A DNA stretch of 64,000 bases, taken from contig CAWJMB010000003.1 of NCBI GenBank assembly GCA_963843845.1, positions 224,001-288,000 of the forward strand, in the 5' to 3' direction. The notes under the pieces are model-generated. The model was not told where the DNA came from. It saw only the letters and a program-made list of their open reading frames with translations, and did not search any database. The stretch comes from an uncultured Gemmatimonadaceae bacterium. Its GTDB lineage: Bacteria > Gemmatimonadota > Gemmatimonadetes > Gemmatimonadales > Gemmatimonadaceae. The position numbers and the translations under genes were made by a program. This document shows, piece by piece, positions 11,166-27,759 of this stretch (position 1 is the stretch's first letter; every line of letters starts with the position of its first letter).

Positions 11166-12002
11166 TCAGGGGTGACGCTCGGTGCGGCCCCGCGCGACGC
11201 GCTCGAGCAGCCCGAGCGCGTTCATGGTGGCGGCGCCCGACGCCGTGTTGTCGAAGATGCACCAGGCGCTCGCTGCGCCTGCCGCCGCGGTGCGGAGGCG
11301 CGTCGCGAGTGCGTCCGCGAGCGCGTCGAGGAAGGGGGCGTCGTACGCCGAGTAGTAGGTGCGCGGCGACCCGTGAAGTCGGTAGTAGACGGTCCCCGGC
11401 CACCCGCCGGGCCGTGCCGCCGCAGGCGCACGCGCCGGGTCGGCCGCGACCCGTGCCACGCGCCACGTGTCGAGCAGCCGGTCGGCCTCGGCGTCGAACC
11501 AGGTCGCGTGGCGCGGCTCGGCAGCGATCGGGCCAGCGTACCGCGCGCGGAGCGCGGCGAAGAACGCCTCGGCGGTCGTGGGGTCGAAGGCGAGGCTGGG
11601 CGGGAGCTGCACGAGCAGACAGCCGAACGCGGGTCCGAGCGCCGCCGGCCCGGCCAGGAACGTGTCGAGCGCCGGGCCAAGCCCCGAGTCGGCATCGGTG
11701 AGGCGGCGCTCGTGCGTGATGGACCGCGGGAGCTTGACCGAGAAGCGGAAGCCGGGCGGGACGGTCACCGCCCAGCGCGCGTAGGTCGCCGGCCGGTGCG
11801 GGCGGTAGAACGACGAGTTGATCTCGACCGCCGGGAATCGGGCGGCGTAGCGCGCGAGGTGCGTCCCCTCCGCCGGAAAGTGGCGCTGTGCATCGCGCGG
11901 AAGGCTCCACCCCGCGCACCCCACGTACGCGGCGGGCGAGTCCGCCGCCGAGTCCGCGGAGTCGGCGCGGATGAGCGGCGGTGCGGCGCGGGCGGAGGGC
12001 AT
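11166..12002 (-). CDS. DUF72 family protein
   Basis: YVGCAGWS, VEINSSFYRP, LLVQLPPS, EPRHATW, YYRLHGSP, WCIFDNT. Confidence 0.92.
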   Translation of the reverse strand: MPSARAAPPLIRADSADSAADSPAAYVGCAGWSLPRDAQRHFPAEGTHLARYAARFPAVEINSSFYRPHRPATYARWAVTVPPGFRFSVKLPRSITHERRLTDADSGLGPALDTFLAGPAALGPAFGCLLVQLPPSLAFDPTTAEAFFAALRARYAGPIAAEPRHATWFDAEADRLLDTWRVARVAADPARAPAAARPGGWPGTVYYRLHGSPRTYYSAYDAPFLDALADALATRLRTAAAGAASAWCIFDNTASGAATMNALGLLERVARGRTERHP

Positions 12003-12372
12003 GCCGCATGGCAGGGCACGTCGCGGGCCTCGGGGAGGCGGCGACGAAGACGACGTCGTCCGGCCGTTCGAAGGGGAGCCCGGCACGCTCGGCCGGTAGC
12101 GTGACACACGGCACGGGCCTCGGCTCGTCACGCCGAGCGCCCGTGTCGCGCGCGCACGCGTCGCGCCCGACTCGCACCCGGGTCTGTGAGTCGCCGCCGG
12201 CGTCGATCAGGGCCGCGGTGATGTGCTGCGGCGTGTCGGGTCGCTTGCCCGCCCGGCGGAGCGCTGCCGACGATGGGCGTGCCGGAGGGCGAGACGCGCT
12301 CCAGGCGTGCGTCGTACCGGCAGCGAGGACGACGAGGGACCCGCGCCCGCGTGCGGCGACTAGCTTTGCGGG

Positions 12373-13526
12373 ATGCCCACTCTCTCGCCCACGCTGCGGG
12401 CGCTGGTCGACACCGCGCGCGCCATCGCGACGACCGTCACGGCCGCCACGGCGGCCGACGACGACCGCGACGCGCGCTGGCCGGCGGCGACCATGCGCGC
12501 CCTCGCCGACGCGCGGGTCACCGCACTCCAGGCGCGGGCCGCGGTCGGCGGCCACGGCGAGGGGATGGTCGGCCTCGTGGCCGTCGCCGAGGTGCTGGCG
12601 CAGGAGAGCGCGTCGGCGGCGCTCTGCTTCGCGATGCACTGCGTGGGGACCGCCGTGCTCGCCGCGAAGGCGACCGACGCGCAGCGCGACCGGTACCTCG
12701 TGCCGATCGCGCGCGGCGAGCACCTCACGACGCTGGCGATCAGCGAGCCCGGCTCGGGCGCGATCTTCTTCTATCCCGAGACCTCGCTCGAGCCGGCGGC
12801 GCCGGGGTTCCGGGTGAACGGCACGAAGAGCTTCGTCACGAATGGCTCGCACGCCGACTCGTACGTGGTGTCGGCCGCGGCCGGCGGGGACGAGCCGGAC
12901 GGCACGTTCAGCTGCGTCGTCGTCGACCGGGACCAGCCGGGGCTCGAGTGGCTCGACGTCTGGCACGGGTTCGGCATGCGTGGCAACGACTCGCGCACGA
13001 TGCGGCTCGCCGGGGTCGAGGTCCCGCACGAGAGCCTGCTCGGCGCGCAGGGTGACCAGCTCTGGTACGTGTTCGAGGTGATCGCGCCCTACTTCCTCAT
13101 GGCGATGGCCGGGACGTACCTCGGCGTCGCGCAGGCGGCGTTCGACGAGGCGCGGCTGCACGTGGGCACGCGCCGCTACGGCCACTCGGGCGAGCTGCTC
13201 GGTCAGGCGCCCGTCGTGGCACACCGGCTCGGCGATCTCTGGGCCCGGCTCGAGGCCACGCGGCAGTTGATCTACTCCGCGGCCGCGAAAGGGGACGCGG
13301 GCGCACCGGACGCGCTGCCGGCGATCCTGGCGTGCAAGGCGATGGCGGGCGACACGGCGGTACACCTCACGAACGAGGCGATGACGCTCTGCGGCGGGAG
13401 CGGGTATCGCGACAACGGTCGGCTCGGCCGCCTCCTCCGGGATGCGCGCGCGAGCCATGTGATGGCCCCGACGACGGACATCCTGAAGACGTGGGTGGGA
13501 CGCGCGCTGCTGAATCTGCCGCTGCT

Positions 13527-13530
<4 letters not shown>
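12373..13530 (+). CDS. Acyl-CoA dehydrogenase-like flavoprotein
   Basis: LAISEPGSG, NGTKSFVTN, GMRGNDS, LCGGSGY...RLLRDARA; C-terminal HVMAPTTD instead of the usual IYEGT; TAGCTT -10-like box at 12361-12366. Confidence 0.9.
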
Positions 13531-16028
<2,498 letters not shown>

Positions 16029-16079
16029 CGCCTGACGCCTCGCGCGGCTTGCCGTGAGGCGGGTCTCACGGGACCTTGC

Positions 16080-18269
<2,190 letters not shown>

Positions 18270-18348
18270 CACCCGCCTGACACCCGGCCGGAGCGGGCGG
18301 CTCCGGGCATCACGACGCGCTCGAGGACGACGACGATGCGTGTCGTCC

Positions 18349-18807
18349 TCACAGTCTCGAGCGCGTTCGGGCGAGCACCCGGTCGAGGGCGTTGGCGAAC
18401 GCCTGCTTGTCGCGCGGCCCGTAGGCGGCGTGCCCGCCGGTCTCCACGCCGGCGCCGCGCAGCCCGTCCATGAAGTCGCGCACCGACAGGCGCTCGCCGA
18501 TGCTCTCGCTCGTGTACTCCTCGCCGCGCGGGTCGATCACGGCGACGCGCTTGGGCACGAGGAGCGCGGCCAGGGGGATGTCGGCCGTCACGGCGACGTC
18601 GCCTGCCTCGGCGTGGTCCACGATGTAACGGTCGGCGGCGTCGGGCCCGCCCTCCACGCGCACGGCGGTGACGTAGGCGTAGCCGGGCGGCAGCGGCACG
18701 CGCTGATTCGCCACGAGGACCGTCGCGAGCCGCAGCCGTTCGGCGGCGCGCAGACAGATGTCCTTCACGTCGCGCGGCGCCGCGTCGGCGTCGATCCAGA
18801 GCGTCAC
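18349..18807 (-). CDS. YaiI/YqxD (DUF188) family protein
   Basis: [37 protein letters not shown]. Confidence 0.92.
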   Translation of the reverse strand: MTLWIDADAAPRDVKDICLRAAERLRLATVLVANQRVPLPPGYAYVTAVRVEGGPDAADRYIVDHAEAGDVAVTADIPLAALLVPKRVAVIDPRGEEYTSESIGERLSVRDFMDGLRGAGVETGGHAAYGPRDKQAFANALDRVLARTRSRL

Positions 18808-18876
18808 GAGTGCATCACGGGAAGTATCTCAACGGTCGGAGGCTTCGCGACGCGACCTCTCGCGCGCGATCCGGGA

Positions 18877-20025
18877 TCAGCGTTCGGCGGGGCGCGATTG
18901 GCGGTGCCAGAGCGCCAGCACCTCGCGCTCGCGCTCGGGGGCGATGCCGGCGCGGAGCTGCGCCTTCCGCTCTTCCGGCTCGCGCTCGTAGAAGTCGAGC
19001 GTCGCCCGTACCGTGTCGGCGAAGGGGCGGAAGGTGAGACCTCTGGCGAGCGCGCGCGCGGTGCTCCGTCGCAGAAACCCCGCCGTCTGGCCGCGCGGCG
19101 GGATCCACACGGGCATGTCGCTCCACGGCCGCACCTGCTGCGCGGCGAGCGTGTCGGCGTCGACCCAGGTCAGCCGCACGTCGGAGGTCAGCGCGGCGCG
19201 GATGCCGCCCAGCATCTCACCGATCGTGAACGGCGAGCGCGGCCCGGTGACGTTGTAGATGCCGGTCGTGCCGTCCTCGGCGCACCGCACGATGAACTCC
19301 GCCAGGTCGCGCGCATCGATGATCTGCACCGGGTCGAGCGGGGTGCCGGGCGCGAGCACCTCGCCGCCGCGCTGCAACCGCGCCGGCCAGTAGGTGAAGC
19401 GGTCGGACAGGTCGCCGGGGCCGACGATGAGTCCCGGGCGGATGATCGTCGCGTGGCCCGGGAACGCCTTCTCCACTTCGCGCTCGGCGAGCGCCTTGAG
19501 CGGGCCGTAGAGCCGGCGCGCGTCCTCGCTCTCCGGCTCGGTCGTCGTCGCGAGCGGCGCCGTCTCGTCGGCGTCGGGGGTCGCGTTCGCCGCATACACG
19601 GAGATCGTCGACACGAACACATAGTGCCGCGCGTGCCCCGTGAGGGCCTCGGCGGCCTGGCGCACCCAGCGCGGGAGCGTCGTCGGGTTGTCGATGACGA
19701 CGTCCCACTCGCGCCCCTGCAACGACTTGTAGTCGCCGACGGCGCGATCGCCCTGCAGCTTCTCGACGTTCGGGAAGAGCCCCGGGTTGGTCTGGCCGCG
19801 GTTGAACAGCGTGACGGTGTGGCCGCGCTCCATCGCGTAGCGCACCTGGTGCGGGCCGATGAACCCCGTGCCGCCGAGGATGAGGATGCGTTTCGGCGCG
19901 CCGCGGGTCGCGCTGGCGAGCGGCGCGCCGACGAGCGGCGCGCCGGCGAGCGACGCACGTGGATCGAGCAGCAGCGTGCCGCCGGCGAGTCCGGAGGCTC
20001 TGAGGAACGTGCGGCGAGTGATCAT
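18877..20025 (-). CDS. NAD-dependent epimerase/isoflavone-reductase-like SDR with Tat-like signal
   Basis: MITRRTFL twin-Arg; ILILGGTGFIG; YGPLKALAE; IRPGLIVGP. Confidence 0.9.
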   Translation of the reverse strand: MITRRTFLRASGLAGGTLLLDPRASLAGAPLVGAPLASATRGAPKRILILGGTGFIGPHQVRYAMERGHTVTLFNRGQTNPGLFPNVEKLQGDRAVGDYKSLQGREWDVVIDNPTTLPRWVRQAAEALTGHARHYVFVSTISVYAANATPDADETAPLATTTEPESEDARRLYGPLKALAEREVEKAFPGHATIIRPGLIVGPGDLSDRFTYWPARLQRGGEVLAPGTPLDPVQIIDARDLAEFIVRCAEDGTTGIYNVTGPRSPFTIGEMLGGIRAALTSDVRLTWVDADTLAAQQVRPWSDMPVWIPPRGQTAGFLRRSTARALARGLTFRPFADTVRATLDFYEREPEERKAQLRAGIAPEREREVLALWHRQSRPAER

Positions 20026-21404
20026 GGCGACACCGGGAGCGGGAGCGAGGAAGCGACGACGAACTGCTGGCGCCGCTCGTGTGCGCGGCCGAGCCAGACG
20101 GCGAGCATCATCCACGCGAGCGAGACGGGCACGGCGACGAACGCGATGCGACTCAGGCCGAGCCCCATCGACGCGAGTCCGGCGTACGTCCACGCCGAGA
20201 GCTGGTCGCCGCCTCGGTAGATGAACGTCTCGATGAAGCTCTTCGCCTTGTACTTGTCTTCGCGCGGCACGACCGTGAACAGGGTCTCCATGGCCGGGTT
20301 CGTGAGCGAGAAGTTCGACGCGCGTCGCAGCACGGTGAACACCGTCAGCGTGGCGAACACGGGGAGCGCGCCGAGCACGCCGAAGCCGATCGCGGAGAGG
20401 AGCGGGAGGACCGCGAGCGTCGCCGTCAGCCCGATCCACCGGATGATGCGCGCCGTGAAGAACGTCTGCGTGACCACGGTGAGAATCTGTGCCGCGAGCT
20501 CGAGTTGGGCGAGCACCGCGGTGCGTGCGGCGCGGTCGGCGTAGGTGCGGCCGACGATGTCGCTCTGCTGGAAGTAGAGGAACGTCGAGCCGAGCGAGTA
20601 GAGCGCGAGGAACGCGGCGATGCCGAAGAGGTACGGCGAGCGAAAGACCCGCGTGAAGCCGCTCGTGATCCCGCCGCCGACCGCCGCGTCGTCGTCTGCC
20701 TCCGCCGGTGTGTCGCGGGTCGCGGTCGACTGGATCGCGTGCGTCGACTGCGACGCGTCCGCCGACGCGGGGTCTGGTGCGAGCCGCGGGAAGCGTGGAA
20801 AGCGCGCCGCACAGAGCACGGCGCCCTGCAGGAGCGCCGCCGAGACGAGGAGCAGGTTCACCGGCCCGAGCGTCCGGGCGAGCGTCGCCGTGAGCGCCGA
20901 GCCCGTGATCGAGCCGAGCGTCCCGCCGACGCCGATGACACCGAACAGGCGCTTCGCCTGATCGCTGCGAAAGGCGTCCGCCATCAGGCACCAGAAGATC
21001 GACGGCCCGAAGAAGGCCAGCACGCTCGTCCACACGTAGAACGTGCGCCCGCTCCACACGTCGGCCGGCGAGCCCGCCTGCGCCGCCGCGGCCCGCATGA
21101 CGACGTAGAAGATCAGCAGGTTCGCCGCGAACAGCTCGAACATGATCGGCACGAAGCGGCGCGCCGGAAAGCGGACGACGAGCGCGGCGAACACCGGGTT
21201 GAACGCGAGCGTCGCGGCGAGCGTCCCGGCGAACAGCCACGGAAGCTGCTGCACCCCCGACGCGGCGGCGACGGCGTCGCGGATCGGGCGGAGCACGAAG
21301 TACGCGCTGAGCACGAAGAAGAACAGCAGGAACGCGGCGACGGTCGCGGCGCGCTCGTCATCGCGGACGTCGACGCGTCGCCGGAGCGGGAGATCGAGGG
21401 GCAC
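20022..21404 (-). CDS. NTP/NDP-translocase-like (TLC/Npt) MFS transporter
   Basis: YFVLRPIRDA, FWCLMADAF..QAKRLFG, REDKYKAKSFIETFIYRGGD; about 12 TM. Confidence 0.85.
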   Translation of the reverse strand: MPLDLPLRRRVDVRDDERAATVAAFLLFFFVLSAYFVLRPIRDAVAAASGVQQLPWLFAGTLAATLAFNPVFAALVVRFPARRFVPIMFELFAANLLIFYVVMRAAAAQAGSPADVWSGRTFYVWTSVLAFFGPSIFWCLMADAFRSDQAKRLFGVIGVGGTLGSITGSALTATLARTLGPVNLLLVSAALLQGAVLCAARFPRFPRLAPDPASADASQSTHAIQSTATRDTPAEADDDAAVGGGITSGFTRVFRSPYLFGIAAFLALYSLGSTFLYFQQSDIVGRTYADRAARTAVLAQLELAAQILTVVTQTFFTARIIRWIGLTATLAVLPLLSAIGFGVLGALPVFATLTVFTVLRRASNFSLTNPAMETLFTVVPREDKYKAKSFIETFIYRGGDQLSAWTYAGLASMGLGLSRIAFVAVPVSLAWMMLAVWLGRAHERRQQFVVASSLPLPVSP

Positions 21405-21912
21405 GGAGCGCGGTCAGGGCACGCGGGAGGGCGGGCGGGGCGAGCGTCGGGGCGTCGGCGGCGGACGACCGACTTCGCCGGCGCGCTCCGCGCCGAACGA
21501 TACGTCTGGGCGCGGCCCGTGAGATAGTCGCGTGTCGCGCGCGAGGGGACAGCGCCGCTGTGCTGCGGTCGCGCCCTCGCGTCGCATCACCGGTCGACGA
21601 GTGGGTGCCGCACGACCTCGCCGACCAGTGTGTCGCCGCCGATCGTCACGTAGAGCTGCCCGTCCGTGACCGACAGGTCGAACGTCATCCGCCGGTGCAG
21701 CCACGCCGCGTCCGGAGCGCCCACGTCGATCCACGCGCGCAACGCGCCCGTGGGGTCGCGTGCGGCGAGCGGCGGCTCGTCGGGCTCGGTCGGCGCCGTC
21801 GCGTCGTCTCGCCGACCACCGGGACGCGGGTCGCCCGTGGCACGAACCGAGCGGAATCGCGGCGCCGGTCCCACAAGTGGTCTCACCACCCGCCAGCCCA
21901 GCGAGGAGCACG

Positions 21913-22209
21913 ATGACGGAGACGACGGACGACCGGTATTTCCACGTCTACGTGCGGTGTCGCCCGCGAGCCTTCCGGGAGCGCGACCTGCGTCAGCTGA
22001 TCGAGCACATCGACGAGTGTGCGCGCGACATGCGCACCGACTTGCTCGACGCGTGTCAGTGCCGGGGGCAGCACGCGGCCGACGCCGAAGCGGAAACGGC
22101 CGCCTGCCTCGAAGCATGCATCCCCGTCTGGCGCGCGCAGCTGCGCCGGGCGTGCTGGACGCTGCGACTCCCCATGCCCGAGGTGTGGGTCGCGGGCATC
22201 CGGATCTGA
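21913..22209 (+). CDS. Small Cys-rich hypothetical protein
   Basis: GAGGAG RBS before ATG, typical codon usage, 7 Cys in 98 aa. Confidence 0.6.
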   Translation: MTETTDDRYFHVYVRCRPRAFRERDLRQLIEHIDECARDMRTDLLDACQCRGQHAADAEAETAACLEACIPVWRAQLRRACWTLRLPMPEVWVAGIRI

Positions 22210-22575
22210 TGTGAGGGATCGCGTCGTCGCGTGAGGCCGCGGGGTGACGCTCGTCCGGACGACACAGCGCCTTCCGTCGACGCGCGCAATGTGCTCGGCG
22301 CCGCCCGTCCGCGCCGCCCGTCGGCGCCGCCCGGACGCTTCGGGGAGCTACGCGAGCACCTCGCCAGCGTCCCCGGTCTCACCCGTCGGCCTCCGCCGAC
22401 CTCCGCGGGCGCGTCGTCGCTGGCTCGACCCGTGCCTGTCGCGGCGGGGAGGTCGCGTGCTCCCGCGGCGGCACGCGCCCGCTCGAGCGCGCAACGGGGG
22501 AACGTCGGCCGGGCGGCGTCACGGAGGACGCGTCACCGAGGACAGCGAAGGGATCCAACCCGAGGGCCACGTCTG

Positions 22576-23139
22576 ATGCACACCACTCGTCGACCTGTGG
22601 CGCGCGCGCTCGCCGTCGCGACGCTGCTCGCGCTCGTCGCCGCGTGCCATCGCGGCCGCGAAGCCGGCGCGGACAGTACCGGCGTCCCGGCTGCCCCCAT
22701 GAACCCGGAGCCGGCACAGAACGCGTACGCCCCCGCGCTCGGCGTCGACCTCTCGACGTTCACCACGCTGCCGAGCGGAGTGCTGTACCGGGACAAGACG
22801 GTCGGCACCGGGGCCGAGGCGGCGTACAACACGCGCGTGCGCGTGCACTACACCGGCTGGCTCCCGACCGGCAGGCAGTTCGACAGCAGCCGCGAGCGCG
22901 GCGAACGCGATGAACGCGGCACGCCATTCGAGTTCGTCATCGGCGCGCGCGAAGTGATCCGCGGCTGGGAGGAGGGCATCACCGGCATGAAGGTCGGGGG
23001 CCGGCGCACACTGGTGGTGCCCGCCGTGCTGGGCTACGGCCGGCGCGGCTCCCCGCCCGACGTCCCGCCCAACGCGGTGCTCGTCTTCGACGTGGAGCTG
23101 CTGGGCGTGAACGCACCCAACGCACCCGACGCACCCTGA
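22576..23139 (+). CDS. FKBP-type peptidyl-prolyl isomerase, probable lipoprotein
   Basis: LVAAC lipobox; VHYTGWL..FDSS; VIRGWEEGI; GYG; LVFDVELL. Confidence 0.93.
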   Translation: MHTTRRPVARALAVATLLALVAACHRGREAGADSTGVPAAPMNPEPAQNAYAPALGVDLSTFTTLPSGVLYRDKTVGTGAEAAYNTRVRVHYTGWLPTGRQFDSSRERGERDERGTPFEFVIGAREVIRGWEEGITGMKVGGRRTLVVPAVLGYGRRGSPPDVPPNAVLVFDVELLGVNAPNAPDAP

Positions 23140-23169
23140 ACCGTCCCAGCATCCCCGGAGGCGCACCGA

Positions 23170-24090
23170 GTTGCGTGGGGGCAGCGTTGATGGTGCGACT
23201 GCGTCGCGGTGGCGCGGGTGTCGCGCCCGGCGCTCATGGCGTCACCAGAACTCGCACGCGGCCGGCCGTGCGCGCTGCGCGCCGGGGCAGCGGCGTGTCC
23301 GCGCGGGTCACGTGCGGGCGACTCGCGCGCCGGCCGAGCGCCCGCTCGCCCTCGGCGCGAAACGCGTGGCGGAACGCGAGGCGGGTTGGTGCGCCGGCGA
23401 CGCCAATCAGCCGGCGGTGTCGCGTTAGGCATCGACCTGCACGACCGGGTCGGCCCGATCGAACCGTGGGCACGTCTACGAGGGGTTCGAGAAGGTGTGG
23501 GAGAGGCTCCGGCCCGAGACGCCGGACCACCGCGCGGATCGGGCCGCGCGCGTGCAGGCCGTGGCCGACCCCGCGGTGGACATGGTGAGGTTCGAGAAGG
23601 CGCGCGTGCGCTGCGCCATTCGCCCTGACTTCATACGCTCGGCCGAGATCGTGGTGATCTCCCTGGGCACTCTGGTCGGGGCGCCGATGCTCCGGCAGGT
23701 CGTGGCGCTGGCGGCGGTCGGGATCGGGGTCACGGTGCTCGTGTACGGGGTCGTCGCCGGGCTCGTGACGCTCGACGACCTGGGGCTGCGACTGCAGCCG
23801 GCCGGCCCGGGCGGCCTACGGTACGCGGTCGGAACGCCCTCCTGCGCGGCACCCCCTTGGGTGATGAAGACGCTCTCGGTCCTCGGCACGGTGGCCATGT
23901 TCCTCGTGGGCGGCGGCATCCTCGCGCACGGGATCCCGCCGATCGAGCAGCTGCTGCACGGGCTGGGCGGGGCGGTACGCGCGGCGGCCGACGGGGCGGT
24001 CGGGCGTCGCGGCCGGCGCCGTGGCGGCCGGCGTGGTCCACATGGCGCAGGCGCTGCGCGGCCGGCGACACGACCCGGCAGCCGGCTGAG
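23170..24090 (+). pseudogene. Degenerate DUF808/YedI membrane protein remnant
   Basis: YEGFEK, IRPDFIRSAEIVVISLG (cf. IRTDFILSAE), VLVYGVVAG..LDDLG, LSVLGTVAMFLVGGGIL; 5' part scrambled; boundaries approximate. Confidence 0.72.
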
Positions 24091-24214
24091 GAGCTGGCCT
24101 CACGGTCCTGCGCGGGGGCCGCGCGCCTCCGGCCCTCCGGCCCTCCGGCCTCGCTTGCGCCCTCGCTACCAGACCGTAGCATCCGTCGTCGGCCTACTTC
24201 TCATGGGGAGCTCA

Positions 24215-27200
24215 TGACGTACTCATCCCGGTGTGCGTGCCACGCGGCGTCGCGCCTCGTCCAGGCGGTGTCGCGCCTCGTCCAGGCGGTCTCGCTCCGT
24301 GCCGCCATCACGTGCGCCGCAATGGTCGGGGCGTCCGCCGCAGTGGCCCAGCCCCTGCCGCGCCTCGAGCCCATCAAGTTCGCGCGGTTCGCGCACGTCG
24401 CGAACGACGGCACCGTCGCCTTCACCTACCAGGACGACGTCTGGCTGGCCGACGCCGACGGCAGCAACCCGCGCCGGCTCACCGTGCACATGGGCGCGCG
24501 ACGTCGCCCCGCGCTTCTCGCCCGACGGGCAGTGGGTCGCGTTCACGAGCAACCGGATGGGGAACAACGACGTCTACGTCGTCTCGGTGCGGGGCGGGGA
24601 ACCGCGTCAGCTCACGTACCATTCGGGCGACGACCAGGCGCTCTACTGGACCCCGGACGGACGGGAGGTCGTCTTCACGAGCGCGCGCTCGACGAACCCG
24701 TGGGCGTCGCCGCTCTACCGCGTGGCGCTCGACGGCACCGTGCCCGTCCCCATGGGCACCGCGGGCGCACGCGCCGGGATGATCAAGCAGGACGCGACCA
24801 TGGTCGCCTACAATCGCGTGCTGCCGACCTACTGGCGCAAGGGCTACCGGGGGAACGCGAGCGGCGACATCGCGGTGCAGAACCTCAGGTCGGGCGAGGT
24901 GGCCGAGATCACCGACACCGACATCCGGCAGTTCCGCGGGCACGTGAACGACGTGCACCCGATGTGGGGCGCCGACGGGATGATCTACTTCGCGTCCGAG
25001 CGCGACGGGACGTTCAACCTCTGGCGCGCCGCGCCCACGGGCGGCCAGCCGCAGCAGGTCACCCGCCACAAGGACGACGGCGTCCAGTTCCCCGCCATCT
25101 CCCCCGACGGCCGCCGCATCATCTACGAGAACGAGTTCGACCTCTGGACGCTCGACGTCCCGGGCGGGCAGCCGCGCAAGCTCAGCATCGCGATGGCGCT
25201 CGACCCGAAGGACAACGACATCGAGGTGCTGACCGCCGCGAGCCGTGCCGACGGCTTCGCCGTCTCGCCGACAGGCGACTACCTCGCCGTCGACTTCCAC
25301 GGTGAGATCGTCATCGTGCCGACCGAGGAGGGCGTGGGAGAGAAGACACAGGTGACGCACTCGCCGTGGCGCGAGCGCGCGCAGCTGTACTCGCCGGACG
25401 GGCGGCGCATCGCGTACGTCTCGGACGAGTCGGGGGAGGAGGAGGTCTGGGTGTACGACCTCGCCACCGGCACGAAGCGCAAGCTCACGACGCACGAGTC
25501 GGTCAAGGCAGATCTGACGTGGGCGCCGAACGGTCAGAAGCTCGCCTACACCGCCGCCAACCGCCTCTTCGAGGTCGACGCAGGGCCGGGCGCCGCAGGC
25601 GGGACGCCACGCGAGCTCGCCCACAACCCGGCCGGCGGCCACACCATCTCGCAGTATTCGGCCGACGGCAACTGGATCGTGTACACGCGCCGCGACGACG
25701 ATCAGAACGCCGACGTCTACCTGTTCGACGTGCGCGCGCGGAAGGAGTACAACGTCACGAGGAACCCGTTCCAGGACGTGAACGGCCGGCTGACGCCCGA
25801 CGGCAAGTCGATCGTCTTCACGTCCACGCGCGACGGCGGCGTGCCGCACCTGTTCGTGGCGTCGCTCGCCCGCGCGACCGAGGACCCGAACGACCCGCTC
25901 GTGCGCGAGCGGCTGCGGCGCGCGCAGCAGCGGACCGCGGGCGCGACGCCCGGCGCGGCGCCTAACGCGACGCGCGCGGACAGCGCGCGCGCCGGTGCCG
26001 CCGACAGCCTGGCGCTCCGCGTCGACGAGGAGGGGATCGCGCGGCGCGCGGTGCAGCTGACGCGCGGCACGAGCGGCGCCGGCGCCTTCTTCCTGTCGCG
26101 CGACGGGCGCACGATCTACTTCACGTCGGGCGGCGGTGCGGGCGGCGGCGGTCAGTCGGGTGCCGACGGCGACGACAACCCGGACAGCGGGCTGTTCGCG
26201 ATCGGCATCGACGGTCGCGACCGCCGTCGGATCGCCGCGGGCGCATTCCCCGGGATGACGCCGACGATGGACCGCCGCGCGATCTTCTTCCGCCGCATGC
26301 CGCGCGGCGCGGGCGAGGACGGGTCCGGCGGCTCGACGACCGCGGGTGCAGAGATCTACAAGCTCACGCTCCCCGGCGGCGGGGCCGTCGGCGGCGCGGC
26401 TGGCGGCGCGGGCGCCGGGGCGCCCGCGCCGGCCGGGGCCGCGCGCGGCGCGGGGGAGCGCGTGAGCTTCACGTTCCCGGTGCGCGTCGACCGACGGGCC
26501 GAGTGGAACCAGCTGTTCGAGGAGTCGTGGCGGGTGATGAAGTACCGCTTCTACGACGAGAAGATGCACGGGCGCGACTGGGCCGCGATCAAGGCGCGCT
26601 ACAAGCCGCTGCTCAAGTACGTGGGGACCAACGAGGACGTCTACGACCTCGCGAACGAGATGATCGGCGAGCTGAACGCGTCGCACACGGGGGTGAGCGG
26701 CCCGCCGACCCGCCAGATGCCGCGCGCCTACCAGACGCGCTTCCTCGGCTTCGAGATGGAGCCCGTCGACGGGCGCTACCGCGTGTCGCACGTCTACCGC
26801 GACGGGCCGGCGGACAAGGAATGGCTCGACATCCGGGTCGGCGACTACGTGCTCGCCATCGACGGCCAGGCGCTCAAGGCCGGCGACAACTACTGGAAGA
26901 CGCTCAGCCAGACGCTGAACGAGTACGTCCCCGTGCGCCTCGCGCGCTCGGCGTCGGGCGAGGGCGCGCGCACCGTGCGCATCGCGAGCGTCACGTCACT
27001 CACCGACATCAAGTACGAGGAGTGGGTCGCCGAGCGGCGCGCGATCGTCGAGAAGGAGTCCAACGGCGAGCTCGCGTACGTCCACATCCGCTCGATGAAC
27101 CAGCCGTCGCTCGCGCGCTTCCGCAACGAGATCGATCAGTTCGCGAACAGAAAGGCATCGTCGTCGACATCCGCTTCAACGGCGGCGGCAACATCGACCA

Positions 27201-27672
27201 GGAGCTGATCGACATCCTCGAGCGCCGCCCCTATCAGTACTGGAACCAGCGCACCGGCTCGCGCACGTGGGGGCGCCGCCCGCGCCAGGCGATCGCGGGA
27301 CCGAAGGTGATGCTCATCAACCACCGCTCCGGCTCCGACAGCGAGGTGACCCCGATGGGCTTCCGCCAGCTCGAGCTCGGCCGGATCGTCGGCAACCCGA
27401 CGGCCGCAGCGGTGATCGCGACCGGGAGCTACGCACTGATCAACGGCGGCGCGATCCGCACGCCCGGCTCGCTCGTCGTGACCTACGATCCGACGAAGCC
27501 CAACAACTACGGCGTCAACCTCGAGAACTACGGTGTCGCGCCGGACGTCTGGGCGGAGAACACACCGGCCGACGAGATCAAGCAGTTCGACCGTGAGCTG
27601 AAGGCGGCGATCGACGAAGCGATGCGCATGCTGCGCGAGTCGCGGGCACGGATGACGAGCGGGCGGCCCTGA
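24215..27672 (+). CDS. Tricorn-like S41 peptidase (PD40 propellers, PDZ); frameshifts near 24495 and 27150
   Basis: PRFSPDG repeats, FYDEKMHGRDW, IGELNASH, YVHIRSM, DIRFNGGGN, SGSDSE, ENYGVAPD. Confidence 0.92.
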
Positions 27673-27759
27673 GCGTGTGGGGCCTGTGCACCGCGCCACG
27701 CTCTGCGGTGCCGGGTCACCTCGGGCTCGTACAGGCCGATCACCCGACGGCGTGCACGC

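Noticed and set aside
24249..24290. 21-bp tandem duplication in the tricorn leader region
   Set aside because: In-frame duplication in a low-constraint N-terminal segment with no sign of function.
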